Assembly: GCA_963732365.1 (NCBI GenBank)
Contig: CAVSZC010000003.1
Location: forward strand, 66,518-130,517
From: an uncultured Bacteroidales bacterium
GTDB taxonomy: Bacteria > Bacteroidota > Bacteroidia > Bacteroidales > VadinHA17
Direction: 5' to 3'
DNA: 64,000 bases
Shown: piece by piece, positions 46,003 through 53,765 of the stretch
How the letters are laid out: the number at the start of each line of letters is the position of its first letter
How positions within the stretch are numbered: the first letter of the stretch is position 1
The notes under the pieces: generated by a model
What the model was told of the DNA's origin: nothing
The model's database searches: none
The model's input: the letters and a program-made list of their open reading frames with translations, nothing else
Program-made: the position numbers and the translations under genes

Positions 46003-46393
46003 GGTATTTGGTATTTGCGATTTGCGATTTAATTTTTCTGCAAAATTAACTTTTGTCTTTTGTCTTTTGTCTTTTGTCTGAAGGTCTGAAGGTCTAAGGT
46101 CAAGATAAAAGACAAAAGTAAAAAGATAAAAGTAAAAATTGAAAATCAAGATCAGCACATATCCAAATTAACCACTGGGGCACACAGAGTCAGGTTGGAG
46201 TTTCACTGTTTGACAGACCACCTCCCCCCTTCCGCCAGTTGGCGGATCGGGGTACTCCTCCTGACTCAGGAGGAGAAATTTTTCAATTTCAAGTCTCATT
46301 TTACCGATTACTGATTACCGATTACCTCTCACTACCTCTTCTTACTTCCTACTCCTTGCTTGCTCCATGCTCCTCGCCCCTTGCCCCTTGCCC
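46003..46393. repeat. 391-bp gap built entirely from mosaic repeats
   Basis: (GGTATTT)2(GCGATTT)2 at 46003-46030 abuts the OTC start codon. (TTTTGTC)4 lies at 46051-46078 and (TGAAGGTC)2 at 46079-46094. The ~130-bp core is at 46077-46210 (minus orientation). The twin hairpins are at 46232-46245 and 46255-46275. Heptads in continuous phase run from 46302 to 46393 and end in the (TTGCCCC)2 units that overlap the arcC stop codon. Confidence 0.85.
46113..46120 (-). promoter_or_regulatory. candidate -7 box (TACTTTTG) inside the repeat core, facing OTC
   Basis: The minus strand reads TACTTTTG, 110 nt upstream of the ATG at 46002. An identical box sits in the partner copy at 52708-52715. Confidence 0.35.
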
Positions 46394-47350
46394 CTAATCA
46401 TACTCCATCGTTATCTTCGTCCCGTACCTCCTGTCCTCGAGCTTGAAGGCCTCGGTGATGACGCTCTTGCTGCCCCCTGCCCTGATGAAGTTAAGACAGG
46501 CCTCAATCTTCGGCGCCATGCTCCCCTTTGAGAACTGACCCTCATTGAGATATTTTACAGTATCCTCATAGTTAAGGAACTCCTTGACCTCCTGGTCAGG
46601 CTTCTTATAATTTATATAGACATACGGAACATCAGTCAGAATGTAAAACTCATCTGCTCCGATGGTAGAAGCCAGGAGTGCTGATGCCAGATCTTTGTCT
46701 ATCACTGCCTCAGAAGGCCTTACATCGTTCTTTTCATCTATGTATACCGGTACGCCACCCCCTCCGGCAGCAATGACGATGTTCCCCCTCCGTGCAAGCT
46801 CGCGAATGAGCTCATGATTCATTATCCCGACGGGCCTGGGCGACGGCACCACCCTGCGGAAACCTCCTTCAGCCTTCACCTCCTCCCTGAATACCCATCC
46901 CTTCGCACTGGCAAGTTCATCAGCCTGCTCCCTGGAGTATATCTTACCTACCCTCTTCTGCGGGTCGGAGAAGGCCGGATCATCCTTGTCGACAAGAACC
47001 GTGGTAACAAGACACACTACATTCTTCTTTATCCCATGCCTGTTAAGAACGTTCTTGAACATTCGCTCAATCATGTACCCTATTCCACCCTGGGAGTCTG
47101 CCACACATATGTCTATTGGCATCTGGGCTATGCCGTACATCTGTTCACCGGCATCATTTCTCATAAGGATATTCCCAACCTGAGGACCGTTACCGTGGGT
47201 AATGACAAGGTCATAGCCTTCTTTGATAAGAAAAACAAGGTTTTCAAGCGTATCGGTTGTGTTCTGCTCCTGCTCCTCTATCGTGCCAAGCTGATCTCCC
47301 CTGAGCAGGGCATTTCCCCCAAGAGCAATGACAGCAAGCTTTTTATCCAT
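46394..47350 (-). CDS. arcC: carbamate kinase
   Basis: It is 318 aa with amino-acid-kinase-fold blocks (AVIALGGNAL, THGNGPQVG, AAGGGGVP) typical of ArcC. Confidence 0.85.
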   Translation of the reverse strand: MDKKLAVIALGGNALLRGDQLGTIEEQEQNTTDTLENLVFLIKEGYDLVITHGNGPQVGNILMRNDAGEQMYGIAQMPIDICVADSQGGIGYMIERMFKNVLNRHGIKKNVVCLVTTVLVDKDDPAFSDPQKRVGKIYSREQADELASAKGWVFREEVKAEGGFRRVVPSPRPVGIMNHELIRELARRGNIVIAAGGGGVPVYIDEKNDVRPSEAVIDKDLASALLASTIGADEFYILTDVPYVYINYKKPDQEVKEFLNYEDTVKYLNEGQFSKGSMAPKIEACLNFIRAGGSKSVITEAFKLEDRRYGTKITMEYD

Positions 47351-47374
47351 ATTTGTCTTTTTTCAGTAAGGTGA

Positions 47375-47382
47375 CAAAGCTA
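47375..47382 (-). promoter_or_regulatory. candidate -7 box (TAGCTTTG) for arcC
   Basis: The minus strand reads TAGCTTTG, ending 24 nt upstream of the ATG at 47350. Confidence 0.4.
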
Positions 47383-47518
47383 AAATTTTATGTCTGATAA
47401 AACCATGCCTAAACTAATGATATTGAATAAAAGATCATATTTTTTTATCTGCTCCGCCGCTGAGGTTTATGTACTTCGAAAGCACATTATTATTACATTT
47501 ACGGAGAAATTTTTTTAA

Positions 47519-48205
47519 GTGAAGAACCGCTCCCTCTTTATTACATCATTGCTGGTATCAATTATTCTCCTTCCCTCCTGCAGGGAGAGGGGCAACAGGA
47601 ACATGCGTGAAGGCGAGATATTCTACAGCATAAAGTATATCAGGAATCCTTCTTCATTGCCAAAGGATCTTTTGCCCAGGGAGCTTACCATATCATTCAG
47701 AAACGATCTTATTCACACTGAGCTGCACGCACCTTTTGGCAACACCGGGATAACAACTATTATAAATCCAAAGGAGAGTATTTATGACACCTACCTTAAC
47801 ATGCTCTCTTTCAAGTATTATTTCAGGGGATACCCCGATGACATTCAGCCGGGCTTCTCTGCAATGAAGGGGATAACCTTCAGGGAAACGGGTAAGAAAT
47901 CGCAGATATGCGGGTTAGACTGCTACCAGCTCGAGGTTCTGCTGCCCGAATCAAAATCTGTGCGGTATGTATGGTATACCAATGAGATAAATGTTGAAAA
48001 TCCTAACAGGCTGACACCATACAGGGAGATTGAGGGTGTTCTGATGGACTTCTTTTATATCATCGGCGATGCAGAACTTCAGTTTATCGCTGATGAGGTC
48101 TTTGTAAGAGAGATACCCGACAAGAACTTCGAGAAGAAAAAGAACTACAGGGAAGTGTCAGGCGGTTACCTTGATTCGCTCATTCTTAAAATGATAGCCT
48201 TTTGA
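47519..48205 (+). CDS. hypothetical lipoprotein
   Basis: The start codon is GTG. It has a signal peptide with a lipobox (LLPSC). I recognised no family. Confidence 0.5.
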   Translation: MKNRSLFITSLLVSIILLPSCRERGNRNMREGEIFYSIKYIRNPSSLPKDLLPRELTISFRNDLIHTELHAPFGNTGITTIINPKESIYDTYLNMLSFKYYFRGYPDDIQPGFSAMKGITFRETGKKSQICGLDCYQLEVLLPESKSVRYVWYTNEINVENPNRLTPYREIEGVLMDFFYIIGDAELQFIADEVFVREIPDKNFEKKKNYREVSGGYLDSLILKMIAF

Positions 48206-48297
48206 TTTTTTTCAATCTTCAGCTCAACCATTTTTCTTACATTTGCTCGTCATTTAGATAGTTTCTGCCCGCGAGGGCATAATAATTCGTATTTAAG

Positions 48298-50670
48298 ATG
48301 GTCAGGGAGAAAAAGAACGGCAGTGCGTCATCAAAGCAGAAGAATGCAGCAGGGACTTCGTCAGGAGAGAACATCAGGTTCATCTCAGGTCTTTTGCTGC
48401 TGGTCTTCGCCCTCTACATGCTTGTCGTATTCATCTCCTATCTTATCTCCGGCAAGGCAGACCAGGATTCAATAAACATACAATCTGCCGAAACGGAATA
48501 TATCTACCAGAACTGGGGAGGAAAGTTCGGATTCAAGGTAGGACACTATTTTATCTTCAACGGCTTCGGTCTCGGGTCATTCTTCATACCTCTCATTATA
48601 GGAGCATTCAGCCTGGCCCTTCTCAGGGTGAAATACTTCAGGCTCTGGAAGAATGTTCTCCGGTTCCTCCTGGCAACGGTCCTTGTTTCCGTGATACTGG
48701 GTTATCTTGCAGGCCAGTCATCGTTCCTCGGTGCCGGACCGGGAGGTGAATACGGGTATCAAATCGCAGGCTGGCTGAACGGTTTGATGGGGAAGGTCGG
48801 AACGGGTGCAGTGATGCTTGTTCTTACGGTGGCCTACCTTATCTTCGCCCTGCATGTCAGCCCCCAGGCAATCAGAAGACCGATTGCAGCGGTGGCCAGG
48901 GCAGGAGCAGCTTTTGCCGCCAACGGCCGCAAGGAGGAAATAATTGAAGAAGATACGGAGGTAGCACCCGGGGAGAACTTTCCGTCGCATGAAGAAGAAC
49001 CGCTCAGGGCTGATGAGGAGGAAGAGGAGGAGACGGATGACTTTTACAGGCCCCCTGTGACTGAACAGAGACCTATAGTCAATGTCATCGGCAAGGGACA
49101 GAAGCCTTCAGACTCACACATCGATGAGGATGAGCCAATTGCCGGCCTGCCCCCTTTTGATCCCAGGCTCTCGCTGCCGCGCTACCGTTTCCCGACAGTG
49201 GCTCTGCTGCGCGATTATAAAAATGCCTCAGCAACAACAAACGAGGAGGTCAACAGCAACAAGGAGATAATACTTAAGACACTCTCTGACCACAAGATCA
49301 CCATAAAGCAGATATCTGCCACCGTGGGCCCCACCGTCACACTCTACGAGGTGGTGCCTGACCGCGGGGTGAAGATACACCGTATCAAGACTCTTGATAA
49401 CGACATAGCCCTGAGCCTCTCGGCGCTGGGCATAAGGATCATCGCCCCCATCCCGGGAAGGGGAACGGTGGGCATCGAGGTGCCTAACAAAAAGCCCGAG
49501 ACCGTCTCTATGAAGAGCCTCCTGGCGTCACAGGCATTCATCGACTCCAAACATGAGCTCCCCCTGGCACTGGGACGCACTATCACCAATGATCCGTTTA
49601 TCATCGACCTTACAAAGATGCCTCACCTGCTTGTTGCCGGGGCAACAGGACAGGGCAAGTCAGTAGGTCTTAACGCAATCATTACCTCTCTTCTTTACAA
49701 GAAGCACCCGTCAGAGCTTAAGCTTGTGCTTATCGACCCTAAAAGGGTTGAGCTGCCTCTCTACATGAAGATTGAGAGACATTTTCTTGCCAAGCTGCCC
49801 GGCGAGGATGACGCCATTGTCACCGACACGAGAAAGGTTATCAATACGCTTAACTCGCTATGCATACTGATGGACCACAGGCTCGGACTTCTCAAGCTGT
49901 CGCAGACACGCAACATCAAGGAGTACAATGACAAGTTCATCGCCCGCAGGCTCAATCCTGAAAAGGGACACGATTATATGCCATATATTGTGCTTGTCAT
50001 AGATGAGTTTGCAGATCTCATAATGACAGCCGGGCGTGAGATTGAGTCACCCATAGGCAGGCTGGCCCAGCTGTCACGGGCGGTGGGTATTCACCTTATC
50101 ATCTCTACACAGAGACCGTCAGTAAGTATCATCACAGGCTTCATAAAGGCAAACTTCCCATCACGTATTGCCTTCAGGGTGTTCTCAGGGGTCGACTCCC
50201 GCACCATACTCGACACTACAGGTGCTGACAGGCTCGTGGGTCGTGGCGACATGCTCATCTCGCAGGGGGGTGAACCGGTAAGGGTGCAGTGCGCCTTCAT
50301 CGACACCCCGGAGATCGAAGACGTCACAGAATATATCGGTTCACAGCAGGGTTACCCTGAAGCCATGCAGTTGCCTGAGTATTATGGCGATGAGGAAGCC
50401 GATAACGGCGCCAGGGAGGTGGACCTGAAGAAACGCGACCCGCTGTTCGACGAAGCCGCCAGACTGGTTGTGCAGCACCAGCAGGGGTCTACATCACTTA
50501 TTCAGAGGCGCATGCAGCTTGGATACAACCGTGCCGGCCGTATAATAGACCAGTTGGAGGCTGCAGGCATCGTCGGACCATTCGAAGGAAGCAAGGCACG
50601 TGACGTTGTCGTGCAGGATATGGCAACTCTGGAACAGATTTTGAAGAGGCTCAATGAAGAGACTATCTGA
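48298..50670 (+). CDS. ftsK: DNA translocase FtsK
   Basis: It has N-terminal TM segments and an acidic linker. The motor domain has Walker A (GATGQGKS) and Walker B (LVIDEFADL). A C-terminal gamma domain (LIQRRMQLGYNRAGRIIDQLE) is present. Confidence 0.9.
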   Translation: MVREKKNGSASSKQKNAAGTSSGENIRFISGLLLLVFALYMLVVFISYLISGKADQDSINIQSAETEYIYQNWGGKFGFKVGHYFIFNGFGLGSFFIPLIIGAFSLALLRVKYFRLWKNVLRFLLATVLVSVILGYLAGQSSFLGAGPGGEYGYQIAGWLNGLMGKVGTGAVMLVLTVAYLIFALHVSPQAIRRPIAAVARAGAAFAANGRKEEIIEEDTEVAPGENFPSHEEEPLRADEEEEEETDDFYRPPVTEQRPIVNVIGKGQKPSDSHIDEDEPIAGLPPFDPRLSLPRYRFPTVALLRDYKNASATTNEEVNSNKEIILKTLSDHKITIKQISATVGPTVTLYEVVPDRGVKIHRIKTLDNDIALSLSALGIRIIAPIPGRGTVGIEVPNKKPETVSMKSLLASQAFIDSKHELPLALGRTITNDPFIIDLTKMPHLLVAGATGQGKSVGLNAIITSLLYKKHPSELKLVLIDPKRVELPLYMKIERHFLAKLPGEDDAIVTDTRKVINTLNSLCILMDHRLGLLKLSQTRNIKEYNDKFIARRLNPEKGHDYMPYIVLVIDEFADLIMTAGREIESPIGRLAQLSRAVGIHLIISTQRPSVSIITGFIKANFPSRIAFRVFSGVDSRTILDTTGADRLVGRGDMLISQGGEPVRVQCAFIDTPEIEDVTEYIGSQQGYPEAMQLPEYYGDEEADNGAREVDLKKRDPLFDEAARLVVQHQQGSTSLIQRRMQLGYNRAGRIIDQLEAAGIVGPFEGSKARDVVVQDMATLEQILKRLNEETI

Positions 50671-50671
50671 T

Positions 50672-51349
50672 ATGAAAAAGTACACCTTCAGGCACCCGCT
50701 CAACCTCAACCTCAACCTTATCCTCTGCCTCTGCCTCTGCCTCAGCCTCAACCTCAACCTCATCTCTGCTCAGAAGGATCCCGAGGCGCTTAAGATACTT
50801 TCCGAGTTCAGCAAGAAAGCTGCTTCGGCTCCTTCGGTATCAATTGACTTCACCTTCGTAACCAGTGACAGCAGGGATGGCACCGTGAACACGATGGACG
50901 GGTCTGTTGTCATAGCAGGCGATAAATATAAGCTTTCAATGCCCGACAACAGTGTCTGGGCTGACGGGAAAAATGTCTGGAGCTACCTCCCTGATGTCAA
51001 CGAGGTAACCATTACGGCAACCGACCCGGATGACGAGTCGTTCATGTCAAGGCCGTCGATGCTCTTCACCCTTTACCAAGAGGGGTACAAGGTCAGGCTC
51101 CTTGAACAGACTGCGAAGGAGTGGGTCATTGACCTGTATCCCGAAGACCTGACGCTCAACCTGGTCCGCATCAGGCTTAAGATCGCAAAGACGACCTATA
51201 TCCTCAGAAGCGCCGAATATGTAACAAAGGATGGTATTACCGTTACCCTAAATGCGGGCAGGTATGACCTCACGTTCAGGCCGGCGGCTGACTATTTCAC
51301 ATTCAATACCGCTGACTATAAGGGAGTTGATGTGATTGACATGAGGTAG
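50672..51349 (+). CDS. lolA: LolA-like outer-membrane lipoprotein carrier family protein
   Basis: It occupies the conserved position after ftsK. The start is set at the ATG at 50672, 1 nt after the ftsK stop; an alternative at 50654 overlaps ftsK. It has a signal peptide and a LolA-fold-sized body. Confidence 0.65.
   Translation: MKKYTFRHPLNLNLNLILCLCLCLSLNLNLISAQKDPEALKILSEFSKKAASAPSVSIDFTFVTSDSRDGTVNTMDGSVVIAGDKYKLSMPDNSVWADGKNVWSYLPDVNEVTITATDPDDESFMSRPSMLFTLYQEGYKVRLLEQTAKEWVIDLYPEDLTLNLVRIRLKIAKTTYILRSAEYVTKDGITVTLNAGRYDLTFRPAADYFTFNTADYKGVDVIDMR
50699..50764. repeat. CTCNNC hexamer array, 11 units, encoding the LolA signal peptide core
   Basis: The array reads (CTCAAC)3 CTTATC (CTCTGC)3 CTCAGC (CTCAAC)2 CTCATC and is read as LNLNLNLILCLCLCLSLNLNLI. 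Confidence 0.9.
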
Positions 51350-51628
51350 GCAGCAGGGCGCAGGGCGCAGGGCACAGAGCGCAGGGCAGGGAGCATGGAG
51401 CATGGAATTTAATAGTTTCCCCTCCTGAGACAGGAGGGGTCTCACTGGCGACCGCCAGTGAGGGGGTGGTGGATTATAAAACAGTCAAACAGTGAAACTC
51501 CCCGATAAATCGGGGCAGGCAGTTTAAACTCTGCGTAACTCTGTGTTAGAAAAAAAGTTACCACATGCTGTAATCTTTTTACCACAGAGTGACATTGAGT
51601 TCTTACAGAGTAACACTGTTTCTTCAAA
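51350..51628. repeat. mosaic intergenic repeat starting at the lolA stop codon
   Basis: G-rich heptads (GCAGCAG, GGCGCAG x2, GGCACAG, AGCGCAG, GGCAGGG, AGCATGG x2) occupy 51350-51405. Hairpin CCCCTCCTG-AGA-CAGGAGGGG is at 51419-51439 and hairpin CTCACTGGCG-AC-CGCCAGTGAG at 51441-51462. AACAGTGAAACTCC is at 51488-51501 and hairpin CCCCGA-TAAA-TCGGGG at 51500-51515. The CACAGAG-type motif is at 51583-51618. Confidence 0.85.
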
Positions 51629-51808
51629 GCCTGAAGAAATTCACTTCCAACCTCTCTCAGACCAATACGTAACAGTTTACCGTCATACTGTCCTCTAAAC
51701 AGAATTAGTTTGTCTATGTCTTAAAATCGAAAATAATCTTCTTTCTGAGTTGTTACAACTCAAAGGCCGTCAAGTGAAGCCCTTCACCCTGTATGCTCAG
51801 TTCTCACC

Positions 51809-52504
51809 TCAATCTTTTATACAGCGGATAGACATACCATATTTTTTTTTAAGTCCCCTTCTGTACACCCCAAACTTATCCCTTTCCATACCCCAATGCC
51901 AAGCTAACTTTGATGACTTCTCTGTTGAGGACCACCAAGTACCATATAAACCCTTATGATAGGACCTTCCGCGTTCTCCGCGGAAACCTCCTGGAAGTGC
52001 TGTAAAGCTATACTGATCAGTTGAATAGGGATTAGGTTCTTCTTCCCATTCATTACCAAATTTAACTATTAGACCTTGTCTGGGGTAAAATATACCTTGA
52101 TTATTGTCTTTGAGTTTACCCCCTGGGTAATCCCCTAAGTAACTGATTAGTATTGCCCATTCTACATCACTTGGCACATGCCAGCCAATTGGACATAATT
52201 TTCCAGTATTTACCGAATACCAGTTATATAGTGCTCCATAAGCATTACTTAAATCCTGTTCATTGTCATACCAACAGAAACCTGGAGTTTCCAAACTGTT
52301 CCATTCTTTGTTTTCAGTAACAAGTGGAATAAGAGTACCATCATTATATTTAGTGGTTCTCAGATTTTCTGCCATCCATACCTGAGTTCCAATTAATACT
52401 GTTTTATGTGTATTTCCGTCAATTTCTGTTACCTGGGACATACCACTAAATGGTAAAGATGCAATAATTAATATGCCTATTGAGATAGAATTTAATGGTT
52501 TCAT
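51809..52504 (-). CDS. FISH (Fibrobacter succinogenes major paralogous, TIGR02145) domain protein, secreted
   Basis: It has a signal peptide and the TIGR02145 pattern: GTQVWMAENL, GALYNW, CPIGWHVPS, WWSST and SIRCIKD. Confidence 0.8.
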   Translation of the reverse strand: MKPLNSISIGILIIASLPFSGMSQVTEIDGNTHKTVLIGTQVWMAENLRTTKYNDGTLIPLVTENKEWNSLETPGFCWYDNEQDLSNAYGALYNWYSVNTGKLCPIGWHVPSDVEWAILISYLGDYPGGKLKDNNQGIFYPRQGLIVKFGNEWEEEPNPYSTDQYSFTALPGGFRGERGRSYHKGLYGTWWSSTEKSSKLAWHWGMERDKFGVYRRGLKKKYGMSIRCIKD

Positions 52505-52598
52505 AATGTTATAAGATTTTCTTTATCAATTATATATAAATTGTTTTGTAATCACCGGTATCTAATTTCGGAAAATTATATCAATAAAGCAACAGTTG

Positions 52599-52800
52599 CA
52601 CTGTTTCTTCAAATTAAAACAGTGAAACTCCATTCTGACTCTGTGTGCCTCTGTGGTTAATTTGGATATGTGCTGATCTTGATTTTAAATTTTTACTTTT
52701 ATCTTTTTACTTTTGTCTTTTATCTTGACCTCAGACCCTCAGACAGCGAAGCGTCAGACCCTCCTTCTCCACCAACTGGCGGATTCGGAGGGCAAAACAG
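52599..52800. repeat. mosaic intergenic repeat upstream of the NlpC/P60 gene
   Basis: CACTGTTTCTTCAAA at 52599-52613 is shared with 51614-51628. The ~126-bp core at 52618-52743 is ~94% identical to the reverse complement of 46077-46210. A CCCTCC...CCACCAACTGGCGG...GGAGGG hairpin is flanked by direct CAGCGAAGCGT repeats. Confidence 0.85.
52708..52715 (+). promoter_or_regulatory. candidate -7 box (TACTTTTG) inside the repeat core, facing NlpC/P60
   Basis: It matches TAnnTTTG and lies 107 nt upstream of the ATG at 52823. Confidence 0.35.
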
Positions 52801-52822
52801 CGAAGCGTTAAGACAAACAACA

Positions 52823-53581
52823 ATGGAACTGCACATCTGCACAAACGCATACATCCCCCTCATGGCTGCCCCCTCCCACCGGGCTGAGATGGTGAACCAG
52901 ATTCTGTTCGGGGAGAGGTTCTCAATCACTGAATCATCAGGCAACTGGCTGAGGGTTGAGACGCTCTTTGACTCATACTCAGGCTGGATCGATTCGCTTC
53001 ACCGAGGGTATGAAAGGCATGACGGGGAGTCAGAGGGAATCATAATCGGTCATGAGTTGATGTGTAAAAAAGATGATGGCACCCTGATGAGCCTCTATCC
53101 GGGCAGCGAGCTATTCGGTCCACGTGATGACTTTTCAGGATTCACCATGTGTGGCAGAGACTATTTGATACAGGACCCTCACGCCTTACGCCTCATCCAT
53201 CATGAAAAGGTAACAGATACTGCAGTGAAATACCTTAACGCACCTTACCTGTGGGGCGGGCGGACACCGGCAGGTATTGATTGTTCAGGACTTATTCAGG
53301 TCGTGTTTAAGATTCATGGTATTGCGCTGCCGCGCGACGCAGCCCAACAGGCTGAGCAAGGTACTACAGTCAATTTCTTTGGCGAAGCACAACCGGGCGA
53401 TGTAATATTTTTTTCCGGTGAGACTGATAAAATTTCACATACAGGCATTGTTGAAGGGCCGGGATCGATCATACATGCCTCGGGTTGCGTGAGGAGAGAC
53501 AGGGTTGACCACCAGGGCATCTGGCGCGATGATGCCGGCCGGTATACACATCGCCTGAGGATCATTAAAAGAATGCTGTAA
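52823..53581 (+). CDS. NlpC/P60 (C40) peptidoglycan peptidase with N-terminal SH3b-like domain
   Basis: The start is set at the ATG at 52823 (MELHICTNAY). The catalytic Cys block is GIDCSGLIQ and the His block is ISHTGIV. The upstream 51 codons in the ORF track are repeat sequence. Confidence 0.8.
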   Translation: MELHICTNAYIPLMAAPSHRAEMVNQILFGERFSITESSGNWLRVETLFDSYSGWIDSLHRGYERHDGESEGIIIGHELMCKKDDGTLMSLYPGSELFGPRDDFSGFTMCGRDYLIQDPHALRLIHHEKVTDTAVKYLNAPYLWGGRTPAGIDCSGLIQVVFKIHGIALPRDAAQQAEQGTTVNFFGEAQPGDVIFFSGETDKISHTGIVEGPGSIIHASGCVRRDRVDHQGIWRDDAGRYTHRLRIIKRML

Positions 53582-53712
53582 TGAGTGATAACACCCTTTT
53601 CAGGCTGATCGTAATTACGCTGGTACTGTTTCTCATTTATCTGGTGTTGAAGAGCAGGCACGAGAAACAGAAAAAGAAGCGGGACCACACACGAAGATTC
53701 AGGGGGAAATAA
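53581..53712 (+). CDS. unannotated 43-aa single-pass membrane protein
   Basis: Its ATG overlaps the NlpC/P60 stop as TAATG. The sequence is MSDNTLFRLIVITLVLFLIYLVLKSRHEKQKKKRDHTRRFRGK: one TM helix plus a strongly basic tail. A strong terminator follows directly. It falls below the ORF-track length cut-off. Confidence 0.5.
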   Translation: MSDNTLFRLIVITLVLFLIYLVLKSRHEKQKKKRDHTRRFRGK

Positions 53713-53745
53713 AAAGAGGGTGTCCGTTTGAGACACCCTCTTTTA
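53711..53745. terminator. bidirectional rho-independent terminator
   Basis: It has a perfect 10-bp stem (AGAGGGTGTC-CGTTTGA-GACACCCTCT) flanked by A5 and T4. It lies between the converging small ORF and the SusD gene. Confidence 0.8.
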
Positions 53746-53765
53746 TCAAATCAGACTAAATTAGT

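Noticed and set aside
46003-46158. The N-terminal 52 codons of ORF 45001..46158 ([36 protein letters not shown]...).
   Set aside because: This is a translation of the intergenic repeat core and heptamer arrays. The same peptide appears on an unrelated ORF at 52670. A canonical OTC N-terminus ([16 protein letters not shown]) starts at 46002.
51442-51627. A 61-aa ORF on the minus strand in the lolA-FISH gap.
   Set aside because: It is composed of repeat-module translations (CYSVRTQCHSVVK from the CACAGAG-type motif, plus hairpin sequences). It has no start context and overlaps structured repeats.
51747-51761. The palindrome GAGTTGT-T-ACAACTC as a terminator of the FISH-domain gene.
   Set aside because: The stem is only 6-7 bp with a 1-3-nt loop, and no U-tract follows on the minus strand.
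46077-52743. A composite transposon or mobile element bounded by the ~130-bp inverted repeats.
   Set aside because: There is no transposase, integrase or recombinase between the repeats. The cargo is housekeeping (arcC, ftsK-lolA in conserved synteny). I saw no target-site duplication. The repeats are better explained as members of a dispersed intergenic family, though homologous inversion remains possible.
52670-52822. The N-terminal 51 codons of ORF 52670..53581 ([30 protein letters not shown]...).
   Set aside because: It comes from the same repeat as above. The predicted -7 box lies inside it, and the NlpC/P60 SH3b-like domain begins at the Met at 52823.
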